64,000 bases of DNA from Leptospira sp. (GTDB taxonomy: Bacteria; Spirochaetota; Leptospiria; Leptospirales; Leptospiraceae). Positions 32,957-43,674 of this stretch are shown piece by piece; within the stretch, counting starts at the first letter, position 1, and every line of letters starts with the position of its first letter. The stretch is taken from contig JAWXAQ010000027.1 of the NCBI GenBank assembly GCA_034439575.1, positions 160,001 to 224,000 of the forward strand. The letters run 5' to 3'. The position numbers and the translations under genes were made by a program. The notes below the pieces were generated by a model. That model saw only the letters and a program-made list of their open reading frames with translations. It had not been told where the DNA came from and searched no databases.

Positions 32957-34195
32957 ATGTTCATCACAGAAACAGAACAAGGAAATCAATTTTGGAATGA
33001 GAATCATTTTGTGCCTCATTTCCAACCGATCGTGAACGTGATCAATCGTTCGATTTCGGCATACGAAGTTTTAGGTAGGCAGTTCAATCCAGAAGAGAAT
33101 TCCTACCATTCCCTGGGCGGACTTTTTCATAGCCGAGAAAAAGATATGGTTCCGATCTACAACATTGACCGCATCCTCAGAGAAAAAGCGGTTCTCTCCC
33201 TCAAAGAATCCAATCTTCGCACAAAGCTATTTTTTAATATGATGCCGAATTTCCTTTCCCGAGTGCATCATACCGATTTATTTGCGGAAAATTTTCATAT
33301 CATTCAACTCATCGAAAAGTATGGAATCAATAGAAACCAAGTCGTAATTGAGATCACAGAAGACGAATTTGAAGGATCCATAGAAAGGTTGATCCAAATT
33401 GTCCAGATATTTCGTGATTATGGCTTAAAGATTGCCATTGATGATTTAGGAACTGGCTTTTCCAATTTGGAAAGGATAGGGTATTTGCACCCGGATATCA
33501 TGAAGGTTGATATCCAAATTATGCGTGAGAGTTTAAATAAAAACTCTTTCAAGCAAGTACTCGGTGCAATTTCTGAAATGTCCCAAAAATTGGGTTCGCA
33601 ATTATTATTTGAAGGAATTGAGACCGAGGAAGAAGTAAACCTGGCTCTTTCCATGGGTGCAAATCTTTTGCAGGGGTATTACTTTTCCACAGCTAATCCT
33701 CATTTTTTAAACCGAAATACATTTTCTGATAAAATGACTACAGTTCTTGAAAACTTTACCAAACAAAGATCTAAAGAACTTTACGAAAAAGGTTCCAGAG
33801 AGCAGGTAATTATTGACCATTTAAATGCGGTATTATCTGGCTTTGATGCCTCTTTGGAAGATGATTTTATCAGTCACTTCGGCACTATTCTCAAGACCTT
33901 ACCCAAAAACATTTTGAAGATCTTTGTCTGCGATAAGGACGGTTATCAAATCACACCCACATATGATTTGGACCGGATGTCTGGTGGGTACCATGAAAAA
34001 AGAAACCAAATTGGGAATAATTATTCTTGGAAACCCTATTTCTTGAAGCATAAAGCTGAATCCCTTAGGTTTCATAAAAAATGGGGTGTGACCTATCCTC
34101 TTTATGATATCCGAAACCAAAACCAATATGTTATTTTTACTTTTTCCCTATCCGACGATCGTGTACTGATTGCACAAGTCGACTGGACAGATTAG
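32957..34195 (+). CDS. EAL-domain c-di-GMP phosphodiesterase-like protein with YkuI-type C-terminal domain
   Basis: FQPI, YEVLGR, EITE, IAIDDLGTG, KVD, FEGIE, QGYYF; C-terminal NYSWKPYF. Confidence 0.88.
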   Translation: MFITETEQGNQFWNENHFVPHFQPIVNVINRSISAYEVLGRQFNPEENSYHSLGGLFHSREKDMVPIYNIDRILREKAVLSLKESNLRTKLFFNMMPNFLSRVHHTDLFAENFHIIQLIEKYGINRNQVVIEITEDEFEGSIERLIQIVQIFRDYGLKIAIDDLGTGFSNLERIGYLHPDIMKVDIQIMRESLNKNSFKQVLGAISEMSQKLGSQLLFEGIETEEEVNLALSMGANLLQGYYFSTANPHFLNRNTFSDKMTTVLENFTKQRSKELYEKGSREQVIIDHLNAVLSGFDASLEDDFISHFGTILKTLPKNILKIFVCDKDGYQITPTYDLDRMSGGYHEKRNQIGNNYSWKPYFLKHKAESLRFHKKWGVTYPLYDIRNQNQYVIFTFSLSDDRVLIAQVDWTD

Positions 34196-34251
34196 GAATC
34201 ATTTGTTTTTTTAAGAGGTTCGTATTTCCTGGTAGTAGGGAATCGTCTATA

Positions 34252-34268
34252 TATAGAATCATTCTAAA
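34252..34268. promoter_or_regulatory. Putative Fur-family (Irr/PerR-like) operator upstream of sufC
   Basis: TATAGAA-TCA-TTCTAAA inverted repeat 21 nt before sufC start. Confidence 0.5.
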
Positions 34269-34289
34269 TATAGGTAAAGGATAACGAAT

Positions 34290-35042
34290 TTGGCCACTTT
34301 TCTGGAAATCCGTGACTTACATGCCAGCGTTGGCGAAAAAGAAATTCTCAAAGGTGTCAATCTAAGCATTGGGCCTGGGGAAGTTCATGCCATTATGGGA
34401 CCGAATGGTTCGGGCAAAAGTACTCTTTCAAATATTATACTGGGACATCCCAAATACACTGTCACCTCTGGTGATATTAAATTCAAAGGTGAATCTATAT
34501 TGCCTCTTCCTACAGACGAAAGGGCAAGGCTAGGTATATTTTTATCTTTTCAGTATCCGACCGCCTTACCTGGCGTTACTATTGGTAATTTTTTAAAATC
34601 CATACTCAAAGCCCATAGAGGAAAAGACACACCTGTTAAAGAGTTTAAAGCAGAATTGAAATCCGCAATGTCATTGTTAGATGTTCCGGATTCGTTTATA
34701 GCTCGTTATGTGAATGATGGGTTCTCTGGTGGCGAAAAGAAAAAAGCAGAAATTTTACAATTAAGTTTATTAAAGCCCATTCTTTCCATTTTGGATGAAA
34801 CAGATTCTGGTCTGGATATCGATGCTTTGCGTATTGTTTCTGAAGGCATCACTGCTAACAGATCAAAAGATAGATCCATTTTACTGATCACGCATTACCA
34901 GCGTATGTTGAATTATGTGATACCAGATTTTATCCACGTCTTTGCTGACGGTAGGATATTAGAAACTGGTGGAAAAGAGTTATCTTTAAAACTCGAAGAA
35001 CAAGGTTATGATTGGATTTTAGAAAAGGCAGGTATGAAATAA
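34290..35042 (+). CDS. sufC: Fe-S assembly ATPase SufC
   Basis: [48 protein letters not shown]. Confidence 0.97.
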   Translation: MATFLEIRDLHASVGEKEILKGVNLSIGPGEVHAIMGPNGSGKSTLSNIILGHPKYTVTSGDIKFKGESILPLPTDERARLGIFLSFQYPTALPGVTIGNFLKSILKAHRGKDTPVKEFKAELKSAMSLLDVPDSFIARYVNDGFSGGEKKKAEILQLSLLKPILSILDETDSGLDIDALRIVSEGITANRSKDRSILLITHYQRMLNYVIPDFIHVFADGRILETGGKELSLKLEEQGYDWILEKAGMK

Positions 35043-36227
35043 TTGGGATTACCTGTTTTACAATCGGAATTGAAAAATAATTTGATTCCCAGTGAAATAA
35101 TCATAGAATTTAAGAAAGATGTACTTGTTCATTTTGAAAAATTAAAATATCCATTGAGTTCTGATGAGTCATGGAGAAAGTTTCCTCTTCACCAATTTGA
35201 TTTTGCTGAACTAAAAAATCAAAATCCGACACAATCTCTAGTTCCAAATTCAAATTTTAAAACCTCTAACCATGAACCTTTAGAACTAAAAGGTATAAAA
35301 TTAAAACTTGAGACACTTCTGGGAATTGTGCGAGAAAATTATTTTGCCCTTTATACTTTGTTACATGCTGAAAATTATTATTTTTATACACTGCAATCTA
35401 TTTCAGAGTCGAATCCTTTAAATGAATTTGAATGGGCCTTAGATCAAAAATCAAATGGATTCAATGTTTTTTTGGTTTCAGTTCCAGAAGGAGTGCAAGG
35501 CAAAATCAAAGAGACGTATCATTCTAAAATCGAAGGTGACTCAATCCATTTATTTGGAAACCTTTCCCATTATTTTTTAGAGGACAATGCACATCTAGAT
35601 GTGTTAATCGAAGAAGAATATGATGAAAATCTATACAATTTTCGCTTTGTAAGTTCTACCCAAAGTAGGGATTCAAACTTAAATATATATTCCTTTCCGA
35701 TTAGGGGTTTTCGTAGTAAAACATTTTATACTCCCTATTTGGATGGTAAAGGTTCAAATTTCCTCCTAACTGGCGTTAGTTCTTTATCTGGAAGATCAAT
35801 ACTTGATATAGATGCAAAAGTAACTCATCTGGGTGACAATACACAAAGTAAAATTTCCTATAAATCTATAGTTTCTGGTCGTTCGCATCATATCTTTACT
35901 GGAAATCTTTTTATACCTTCCAGTGTGAAAAAAGTAAGTGCGCACCAAGAGTCCCATAACCTATCCTTAAGTAAAAAAGCTCGTGCTGAGGCCAATCCCA
36001 AACTTGAAGTATTGGCAGAAGATGTTTCATGTACACACGGGGCTACTGTTGGCGACATTGACGAAGAACAGTTGTTTTATCTTTTGACTCGCGGATTGAC
36101 ATTGGATGAATCAAAATCTCTACTCGTTTCTGCATTTTTTAAAGAAATAGTAGAAGCTATTCCATTTGCGATAGAAATTAAAGAAAATATTTCCGATAAG
36201 ATCGGAAAATCCTTACTCGGTAATTAA
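35043..36227 (+). CDS. sufD: Fe-S assembly protein SufD
   Basis: E.WRK N-terminus; PKLEVLAEDVSCTHGATVG.IDEEQLFYL.TRG. Confidence 0.85.
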   Translation: MGLPVLQSELKNNLIPSEIIIEFKKDVLVHFEKLKYPLSSDESWRKFPLHQFDFAELKNQNPTQSLVPNSNFKTSNHEPLELKGIKLKLETLLGIVRENYFALYTLLHAENYYFYTLQSISESNPLNEFEWALDQKSNGFNVFLVSVPEGVQGKIKETYHSKIEGDSIHLFGNLSHYFLEDNAHLDVLIEEEYDENLYNFRFVSSTQSRDSNLNIYSFPIRGFRSKTFYTPYLDGKGSNFLLTGVSSLSGRSILDIDAKVTHLGDNTQSKISYKSIVSGRSHHIFTGNLFIPSSVKKVSAHQESHNLSLSKKARAEANPKLEVLAEDVSCTHGATVGDIDEEQLFYLLTRGLTLDESKSLLVSAFFKEIVEAIPFAIEIKENISDKIGKSLLGN

Positions 36228-36228
36228 A

Positions 36229-36540
36229 ATGGCCTTCACTAAATTAACAAAAATCAACCTAGTTCTTGAAGGTAAAATTTTAGTTATCAAAACAAAATAT
36301 TGTAATGTCGCCTTAACTAAATTAAACGGTGATATACTTGCCTTCGAAGATGTTTGTACTCACGATGGCGAAATTATTTCTTGCGGGAAATTAGAAGGCG
36401 AAATCATAACATGTCCTAGACATTTTGCAAAATTTAATATTATCACTGGATCGGTTGTGGCAAAACCCGCAACAGAACCTTTGGCGGTTTTTAAAGTAAA
36501 TGTGAATGGTGATGATGTCGAAGTGGATTTGGAGAATTAA
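36229..36540 (+). CDS. Rieske-type [2Fe-2S] ferredoxin
   Basis: CTH...CPRH Rieske ligands. Confidence 0.92.
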   Translation: MAFTKLTKINLVLEGKILVIKTKYCNVALTKLNGDILAFEDVCTHDGEIISCGKLEGEIITCPRHFAKFNIITGSVVAKPATEPLAVFKVNVNGDDVEVDLEN

Positions 36541-36542
36541 TC

Positions 36543-37787
36543 ATGCCATTTGACGTTTACCAATTGCGCAGAGACTTCCCCATCTTAGATATTAAAAATC
36601 CAAATGGAAAACCTCTTGTTTATTTGGATAATGCAGCGAGTTCCCAAAAACCAAATTCTGTAATTTTAGCAACAAACAAATATTATTCGGAAGAGAATGC
36701 GAATATTCACAGAGGAGTTTATCACCTCTCTCAACATGCGACAGAACAATTCGAAAAAACAAGAATCAAAACATCAAACTTTTTTCATGCGCAATGTGCA
36801 AAGGCTATCATCTTCACGCGAGGGACAACGGATGCTATTAATCTAGTCGCACAGTCATGGGGAAGAACTAACGTAGGTGAGGGGGACGAAATTGTGCTTT
36901 CAGTCCAAGAACATCACTCAAATTTAGTTCCTTGGCAAATGTTGGCTTTAGAAAAAAAAGCACGCCTGAAATTTATTCCTATACTTCCTGATTCCACTTA
37001 CGACTTACGAAATCTAAACGAAATTATCACACGCAAAACAAAAATAATTGCTATCTCTCAAATGTCAAATGTGACTGGAACTATCCATGATCTCTCACCT
37101 ATCATCGAACGTGCAAGGCAAGTCGGTGCTAAAATTCTTGTGGATGGTGCTCAGTCCGCATCTCACTTAAAAATTGATCTAGTGGGGATGGATGTAGATT
37201 TTTTTGCTTTTTCTGCGCATAAGATGCTCGGGCCTACTGGAGTAGGTGTATTATTTGGCAAAGAAGAAATACTGGAAGAAATGCCACCTTGGTTAGGTGG
37301 TGGTGATATGATTGAAAGTGTAGAACTTGAAACTTCTACGTATGCAAATTTACCAGCTAAGTTAGAGGCAGGAACGCCGAATATTGCGGGAGTGATTGGT
37401 TTTTCTGCGGCTTTGGATTATTTGACCAAGGTCGGAATGCAAAATATTCACGAACACGAATTAGAAATAACTTCTTATGCATTAGAAAAATTAAATTCCC
37501 TGGGTGGTGTTACCATTTACGGAACAGAAGATTTGGCAAAACGGGGAGGGGTCGTATCTTTTACCTTAGATGGTGTTCATCCACATGACGTAGGTTCCAT
37601 GCTTGATGAGGAAGGTGTCGCCATTCGCGTTGGCCATCACTGCTGTCAGCCTCTCATGAAACAATGGTCAATTCCTGGAACTTGCCGTGCTTCCTTCTAT
37701 CTGTACACAACGAAAGAAGAGATAGATGCATTGGTATTTGGATTGGAGAAAGTTAAATCCATTTTCTCTCGTGTCGCAAAAAAGTAA
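36543..37787 (+). CDS. sufS: Cysteine desulfurase SufS
   Basis: [36 protein letters not shown] (group II desulfurase). Confidence 0.97.
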   Translation: MPFDVYQLRRDFPILDIKNPNGKPLVYLDNAASSQKPNSVILATNKYYSEENANIHRGVYHLSQHATEQFEKTRIKTSNFFHAQCAKAIIFTRGTTDAINLVAQSWGRTNVGEGDEIVLSVQEHHSNLVPWQMLALEKKARLKFIPILPDSTYDLRNLNEIITRKTKIIAISQMSNVTGTIHDLSPIIERARQVGAKILVDGAQSASHLKIDLVGMDVDFFAFSAHKMLGPTGVGVLFGKEEILEEMPPWLGGGDMIESVELETSTYANLPAKLEAGTPNIAGVIGFSAALDYLTKVGMQNIHEHELEITSYALEKLNSLGGVTIYGTEDLAKRGGVVSFTLDGVHPHDVGSMLDEEGVAIRVGHHCCQPLMKQWSIPGTCRASFYLYTTKEEIDALVFGLEKVKSIFSRVAKK

Positions 37788-38190
37788 GGAACAAATAGAA
37801 AAGTTCCTTTATTGGAAGGAACTTGGAAACTGGGAAACATCTCCGAGTGAAAAACAAATTGTTTCACTCAAAAATCCACTTTGTGGTGATGAAATTCATC
37901 TAGCATTAAACCAAACAGACGAGGGGATACAAATTGTATCTTTGAACGGTGAAGCCTGCAGTGTTTGTTTGGCAGCGGCGGGTTTACTTTATTCGAAGAA
38001 ACATAAGTGGAAAGAAGATAGTCTAATATTATATGAAAATCAAATCAAAAACTACCTAGATGGCAAAAATGAATTGATGACCTTTCCACTTGACGAAGTA
38101 GAATTTTGGGAGATTATGAAATTGCACCCAGGTCGACATCGATGTGCTTTTTTACCGCTACTTGCTTTAAAAAAAAGTTTACAGGAGTAA
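37771..38190 (+). CDS. SufU/IscU-like sulfur acceptor or scaffold (divergent)
   Basis: NPLCGD, ACSVC, RHRCA three-Cys pattern; follows sufS; GTG at 37771 chosen. Confidence 0.75.
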   Translation: MSQKSKEQIEKFLYWKELGNWETSPSEKQIVSLKNPLCGDEIHLALNQTDEGIQIVSLNGEACSVCLAAAGLLYSKKHKWKEDSLILYENQIKNYLDGKNELMTFPLDEVEFWEIMKLHPGRHRCAFLPLLALKKSLQE

Positions 38191-38193
38191 ACA

Positions 38194-38517
38194 ATGTTAT
38201 CCGAACCAGAAACAGAAAAAGAATGGGAAGTTTATCATAGCATTCGTTCCGTGGACGACCCAGAGATTGGTATTTCTCTCGTAGAACTTGGGTTAATATA
38301 TGAAGTTAAAGTGGAAAATGATAAAGCTTTAATTAAAATGACTTATACTTCACTAGCATGTCCATCTGGACCTGAGATGAAAAAAGATATCGAAAATCAT
38401 GCTTTGCGAGTAGAGGGAATCAACGAAGCAATCGTGGATATTGTTTGGAATCCAAAATGGGATCCAAGAGAAATGGCAAGCGATGAGGCGAAAATGGAAA
38501 TGGGGATTTTTGATTGA
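38194..38517 (+). CDS. Metal-sulfur cluster assembly factor (SufT/DUF59/MIP18)
   Basis: [31 protein letters not shown]...M. Confidence 0.92.
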   Translation: MLSEPETEKEWEVYHSIRSVDDPEIGISLVELGLIYEVKVENDKALIKMTYTSLACPSGPEMKKDIENHALRVEGINEAIVDIVWNPKWDPREMASDEAKMEMGIFD

Positions 38518-40289
38518 ATCAAAATAATTTAAGATTATTCTCAATTAGATTATCGCTCATCCTTTTAAGTTTTATCTTCCTTTTTGTTTCCTGTGGTCAA
38601 ATCCATTTTTTAAAACCACAAAAAGAGGAAACAAATTCAAATTCTATACTTCAAATTGAAGGTTCCGCAGAGAAAAGATCACGCTACGAATTTACAGGAA
38701 AAGAAATTGTTATCGCTACAGATCATCCATTGGCATCACAAGCAGGTATCAACATTTGGAAAAAAGGTGGTAATGTAGTAGATGTTTTTGTTGCGGCGAG
38801 TTTTGCTATTTCCGTTTTACGACCACACTCGACTGGATTGTTAGGAGGCGGTTTTGCTGTAATTAATATTGATGAAGGAAAAACACGAAAAGCTTTTGAT
38901 TTCAGAGAAAGGGCTTCCGAAAAAGTAAACGCAAAACTTTATGTGGATGAAAAGGGAGTCCCGATTAAAGATAAAACGATCCATGGACCCTTTAGTGCAG
39001 GTGTTCCTGGTATGATTCCAGGGCTTTTATATATTCATAAGAAATATGGTAAATTGAGTTTAGCGGATGTCACTGAACCTGCGTTAGATATTTGTTCTAA
39101 AGGGTTTTCTGTATATTCAGATTTAGCAAAGAGCATTGAATCAAATTGGAATTATATGAATCCAGAAATGATTCAAATTTTTGGTAAAGAAGGAAGACCA
39201 CTTCGGACTGGTGAAATTTTAATCCAAAATGATGTATCCCAATTATTAAAAAGAATGGTTCAAAATGGGGAAGCTGAGATTCGAACGGGTGAAAGTGCCG
39301 TAAGAATCGCAGAATATTATTCTAAGTATGATCAATTTATTTCACTTGAAGATTTAAAAAAATATAAGGTGAAGGAATCGGAACCGATTCAAGGTGTAGC
39401 ATTTGGTAAAAAAGTAATCACCATGCCTCCACCATCTTCTGGAGTTCATTTAATCACCATTATGCGAGTTTTAAAAGAATTAATGGACAAAAAAAGTTTT
39501 CCTGAAGGGCAAGTTGGCGAAATTATGCGTTTAACGGAGAGTATGCGCGTGGGTTTTAGAGATAGAGCCAAATTGGGAGGGGATCCGGAGTTCACAAAAA
39601 TCGATGTAAACAATCTTTTATCCATTCCCTATGCGAAAGATGAAGCGGAAGAAATTGAAAGAAAAGTAGTATCTGGTGCATGGACATATAACGACTCAAA
39701 TTTAAAAAAAGAATCATATAACACTACACATATTTCGGTCATGGATTTTTTAGGGAATGGAGTTTCGTCGACTCAGTCTATTAACGGCAGTTTGGGGGCA
39801 AAAATTGTGGTTCCTGGAACTGGGCTTATCTTAAATAATACGATGGATGACTTCGCTGTCGCTCCCGGAATTCCGAATATTTACGGTTTAGTTGGGTCAG
39901 AAGCCAATTCTATACAAGCGGGCAAAACACCTTTATCGAGTATGTCACCTATGATTTTTTTAGATGAATTTGGCAAAAGTGAAATCATAATCGGTGCCCC
40001 CGGCGGTTCACAAATTCCCACTACTATTTTAAATACATTATATTATTATAAAGTGAAAGGATTATCACTTTATGAAAGTGCATCTTATCCAAGGTTACAC
40101 CACCAATTTATGCCAGATGTATTATTTGTTGAACCAGAAGCAAAACCTACGTTTCCTGAATCTACATTGACCTTTTATAAAGTCCAATATATGAGACATA
40201 GAGCAAAAGTGTTTGTTGTCGCACGGGAAGGAAAGGATCTGATTGGAGTCTCTGATCCGCGGGGTGAAGGAATCCCTTTAGGTTATTAA
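38514..40289 (+). CDS. ggt: Gamma-glutamyltransferase, probable lipoprotein
   Basis: GGNVVD, DFRERA, PPPSSG, catalytic [29 protein letters not shown]; lipobox-like FVSC. Confidence 0.95.
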   Translation: MNQNNLRLFSIRLSLILLSFIFLFVSCGQIHFLKPQKEETNSNSILQIEGSAEKRSRYEFTGKEIVIATDHPLASQAGINIWKKGGNVVDVFVAASFAISVLRPHSTGLLGGGFAVINIDEGKTRKAFDFRERASEKVNAKLYVDEKGVPIKDKTIHGPFSAGVPGMIPGLLYIHKKYGKLSLADVTEPALDICSKGFSVYSDLAKSIESNWNYMNPEMIQIFGKEGRPLRTGEILIQNDVSQLLKRMVQNGEAEIRTGESAVRIAEYYSKYDQFISLEDLKKYKVKESEPIQGVAFGKKVITMPPPSSGVHLITIMRVLKELMDKKSFPEGQVGEIMRLTESMRVGFRDRAKLGGDPEFTKIDVNNLLSIPYAKDEAEEIERKVVSGAWTYNDSNLKKESYNTTHISVMDFLGNGVSSTQSINGSLGAKIVVPGTGLILNNTMDDFAVAPGIPNIYGLVGSEANSIQAGKTPLSSMSPMIFLDEFGKSEIIIGAPGGSQIPTTILNTLYYYKVKGLSLYESASYPRLHHQFMPDVLFVEPEAKPTFPESTLTFYKVQYMRHRAKVFVVAREGKDLIGVSDPRGEGIPLGY

Positions 40290-40293
40290 AATA

Positions 40294-41889
40294 ATGAAAT
40301 TACTCGCAAAAAATTATAAACAAACGGCAAAGAGTCTACTTACAAAAGATCGGGTTAATTGTTTACTTTCCGCAAAACACGGATTAGAGAGAGAAGCCTT
40401 GCGTATAGATTCAAAAGGCATGCTATCAAAAAATGATCATCCACAATCTCTCGGTTCAAGCTTAACCCATCCCTTTATTAAAACTGATTTTGCTGAACCG
40501 CAAATTGAGTATGCAACTAATCCTCATAAAAATATGGAAGATACTTTAAATGAATTATTGAATCTTCATTCTTTTACATTCAAAAAACTAGAAGGTGAAA
40601 CATTATGGCCTTTTAGTATGCCAAGTCCATTGCCAATTGAGGAGAAAATTCCCGTAGGTAAATATGGCACGAGTAAAGAGGGCCGTAAAAAAACAATTTA
40701 TCGTAAAGGCCTCGGGCATAGGTATGGAAAAAATATGCAAACCATCTCTGGTGTGCATTATAATATGTCTTTCGACAAATGTTTGTTATCGACTGTATCT
40801 GAAATCAGATATAAAAAACCCCTAGAAAAATTTTCTCAATCTGAAATCTATTTTGATACCATTCGAAATTTTAATCGAATTTCACCAGTTCTCATGTATC
40901 TCTTTGGTGCATCTAGTATCATTGATGAATCTTTTATTGAGAATCATTCTGGATTAAAAGGATATGGAAAAAAAACATTAAATGCTCCCTATGCTACAAC
41001 ATTGAGATTATCTAATATAGGGTATACAAGCAAAGTTCAAGCTAAGGTTCCTATCTCTGTCAATTCACTGAAAGAGTATTCCTATTCCATGTGTGCGGCT
41101 GTTTCTAAACCTTATTCGGAATATAAAAAATACAATTTAAAGGCCGAAGAGCAACTAAATGATCATTATTTACAAATTGAGAACGAATATTATTCCTTAG
41201 TGCGTCCCAAACAAGTTCCTGAGGGTGAAGAAAGAGTGATCGATGCACTTACTGAAAGAGGTGTTGAATATTTGGAAATTAGGCTATTGGATGTTAACCC
41301 TTTTTCACCTATTGGTGTGGATGAAACCCAATTGAGATTTGTACATTTGTTTTTAATCTATTGTTTATTAGCAGAATCACCAAAGGCAGATAAGGTGGAG
41401 ATGTCAATTTGGCGAAAAAATCAAGAAAAAATGACCTGGTTAGGTAGAAATTCCAGAACAAAAATGACTGTATTTGGGAAAGATTGGTCTGTTTCAGATC
41501 TTGTACATCAGATACTTGTCGAATTACAACCGATAGCTGATCTTTTGGATGGAAATGATGCAGAAAATGGGAAATATACAAAAGCATGGGATGCACAATG
41601 GGAAAAGTGGAATGACCCAAGTTTACTTGGATCGACTCAATCTGAGATTGATTTAATGATTAATAAAATGTCTTTTCATGAATTTGGCTTAAACTTAAGT
41701 AAAAGCCATTCTAAATATTTGAAAGATTTACAATTGTCTCCGAAAATAATGTCATATTATGAGAGTTTGGCGACAAAGTCTCTTCTAGATCAGAAAACAT
41801 TGGAATCAAATGAAGGTTCAAATATTAAAAAGAACCAAAAACCTATCATTTTAGATCCCATAAAATTATGTGCGGAACAGGTATCGTGA
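40294..41889 (+). CDS. gshA: Glutamate-cysteine ligase
   Basis: GLEREALR, HP.IKTDFAE.Q.E, WPFSMP, YG..MQTISGVHYN, LQIENEYYS.VRPK, EYLEIR.LD.NPF. Confidence 0.92.
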   Translation: MKLLAKNYKQTAKSLLTKDRVNCLLSAKHGLEREALRIDSKGMLSKNDHPQSLGSSLTHPFIKTDFAEPQIEYATNPHKNMEDTLNELLNLHSFTFKKLEGETLWPFSMPSPLPIEEKIPVGKYGTSKEGRKKTIYRKGLGHRYGKNMQTISGVHYNMSFDKCLLSTVSEIRYKKPLEKFSQSEIYFDTIRNFNRISPVLMYLFGASSIIDESFIENHSGLKGYGKKTLNAPYATTLRLSNIGYTSKVQAKVPISVNSLKEYSYSMCAAVSKPYSEYKKYNLKAEEQLNDHYLQIENEYYSLVRPKQVPEGEERVIDALTERGVEYLEIRLLDVNPFSPIGVDETQLRFVHLFLIYCLLAESPKADKVEMSIWRKNQEKMTWLGRNSRTKMTVFGKDWSVSDLVHQILVELQPIADLLDGNDAENGKYTKAWDAQWEKWNDPSLLGSTQSEIDLMINKMSFHEFGLNLSKSHSKYLKDLQLSPKIMSYYESLATKSLLDQKTLESNEGSNIKKNQKPIILDPIKLCAEQVS

Positions 41890-42890
41890 ACCAATTTGAC
41901 CTCCCCAAAGGATGGGAAGATTTCGAAATTTCCACTCAAATCATCGTAAGGGAAGCACTGAAAAGTGGCATTGATATCGAGATCATTGATCGTAAAGAAA
42001 ACTTTTTAAGATTAAAGAATGGTGGCCATACGGAATTTATCAAAGAGGCCAGTAAAACTCGTTTGGATAGTCTTATGACATATCTTGTCATGGAAAATAA
42101 AATAGCATCCAAACTTGTGTTAAGTGAAAATGGCATTCGTGTACCAATTGGCAATCATTATGATAGTTTAGAATCTGCTCTCTCTGATTATAAAAAATAT
42201 CATGATATAAAAAAAGTGATAAAGCCTGCCACGACCAATTTCGGTCTCGGGATTGGAATTTCTGGAATCGGTGATTCCATTCAAAATTATAAATCATTTC
42301 TTGAGATCGCTTTTTCTTATTCGCCATCAGTGATAGTGGAAGAATTTATTGAAGGGCCTGAATACCGTTTTTTGGTATTAGGTGATGAAGTTGTCGCTGT
42401 ATGTAATCGAGTTCCTGCGAATGTGGTCGGAGACGGGACTTCAAGGATCAGGACTTTAGTTGAGGTAAAGAATAATGATCCGAGAAGAGGTGAAGGTCAT
42501 AAAACTCCTTTGGAAAAAATTCAACTAACTCAAGTGGAGTCAAAGGTGTTAGCTGAAGTAGGATATGATTTTGATTCTATACCTAAATTAAATGAAATTG
42601 TATATCTCAGGAAAAATTCTAATATTTCCACGGGCGGAGATTCTTTGGATAAAACGGATGAAGTGCATCCTGAATTTAAAGAAATAGCTTTAATGAGCGC
42701 GAAAGCTGCGGGTGCAAAAATTTGTGGAATCGATATCATTTCATCTGAAATCAGTGCAAAACCAGATCCAAAGACTTATGCCATATTAGAAATCAACTTT
42801 AATCCAGTGTTGTACATTCATGAATTTCCCTACCAAGGCAAGCCTCGATCAGTAGGTCGGAAAATTTTGAATCTGCTCGGTTTTGATTAA
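41886..42890 (+). CDS. Stand-alone ATP-grasp glutathione synthetase domain of GshF (GshAB) type
   Basis: GWEDFEISTQ, KTRLDS, KPATTNFGLGI, EYRF.V, RVPANVVGDG, LRKNSNISTGGDS, LEINFNP; GTGA overlap with gshA stop. Confidence 0.85.
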   Translation: MNQFDLPKGWEDFEISTQIIVREALKSGIDIEIIDRKENFLRLKNGGHTEFIKEASKTRLDSLMTYLVMENKIASKLVLSENGIRVPIGNHYDSLESALSDYKKYHDIKKVIKPATTNFGLGIGISGIGDSIQNYKSFLEIAFSYSPSVIVEEFIEGPEYRFLVLGDEVVAVCNRVPANVVGDGTSRIRTLVEVKNNDPRRGEGHKTPLEKIQLTQVESKVLAEVGYDFDSIPKLNEIVYLRKNSNISTGGDSLDKTDEVHPEFKEIALMSAKAAGAKICGIDIISSEISAKPDPKTYAILEINFNPVLYIHEFPYQGKPRSVGRKILNLLGFD

Positions 42891-43129
42891 TTATACTTTT
42901 TCTTTATATACTGTATAATATCCTCAGATTCATACATCTTTACATTTCCATCTACGAGAAAAGGCACCTGAGATATACCACCTAACTGAACCACTTCTTC
43001 GCGTCCGGGTGTTCCCCCGGATGCGTTGATTAGATCATAGTCTTTACCGGATTTTAATCCCAATGTTTCCATAACACGCAATACACGTTGGCAATAGGGA
43101 CAACTTGAATATTGGTATAATTTTAACAT
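42887..43129 (-). CDS. Dithiol glutaredoxin-like protein
   Basis: CPYC active site, QVPFL, YES. Confidence 0.88.
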   Translation of the reverse strand: MLKLYQYSSCPYCQRVLRVMETLGLKSGKDYDLINASGGTPGREEVVQLGGISQVPFLVDGNVKMYESEDIIQYIKKKYN

Positions 43130-43137
43130 AAAAATTT

Positions 43138-43446
43138 CTATCCGATTAGTTTTGTAAGTTCTCCAGAATTTGCCATCTGAACTGTAATGTCATGACCGCC
43201 CACAAATTCGCCCTTGATATAGAGCTGAGGGATCGTTGGCCAATTGGCAAATTCTTTGATTCCTTCACGAATATTCATATCTGATAGAACATTAAAAGAA
43301 TCAAAATCAATATTCAATTGTTTCAATACACCGACTACACCAGCAGAAAATCCGCATTGTGGCATTTCTGGTGTTCCTTTCATAAAAAGAAATACCGGTT
43401 TTGTTTTAATTAATTCTTCTATTTTCGTTTTCACACTTGGTTCCAT
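43138..43446 (-). CDS. grxD: Monothiol glutaredoxin (Grx4/GrxD)
   Basis: FMKGTP..PQCGFS, WPTIPQLYI.GEFVGG. Confidence 0.96.
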   Translation of the reverse strand: MEPSVKTKIEELIKTKPVFLFMKGTPEMPQCGFSAGVVGVLKQLNIDFDSFNVLSDMNIREGIKEFANWPTIPQLYIKGEFVGGHDITVQMANSGELTKLIG

Positions 43447-43670
43447 TATTCACTCCTTGTTTCTAATGCTAATGCATGTATTTCTGCTTTCAACTCATCT
43501 TTTAATGTGGCATATACCATTCGATGTTGTTCTATTAATGACTTGCCCGCAAAGCCCTGATAGGTGACAAGTGCCTTTATATGAACACCATCTTTATAGG
43601 GATCAAGAATTTCAACCTTAGCACCGGGTAGTCCTGTTTCAATTTTATTTTGGATTTCTGGAAGAGTCAT
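43446..43670 (-). CDS. BolA/IbaG family protein
   Basis: DGVH, FAGKSLIEQHRMVY, EIHALAL; coupled to grxD. Confidence 0.92.
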   Translation of the reverse strand: MTLPEIQNKIETGLPGAKVEILDPYKDGVHIKALVTYQGFAGKSLIEQHRMVYATLKDELKAEIHALALETRSE

Positions 43671-43674
43671 AAAT

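Noticed and set aside
41868..41889. Programmed -1 frameshift fusing gshA and the ATP-grasp ORF
   Set aside because: No X XXY YYZ slippery site seen in the overlap; GTGA coupling is the simpler explanation
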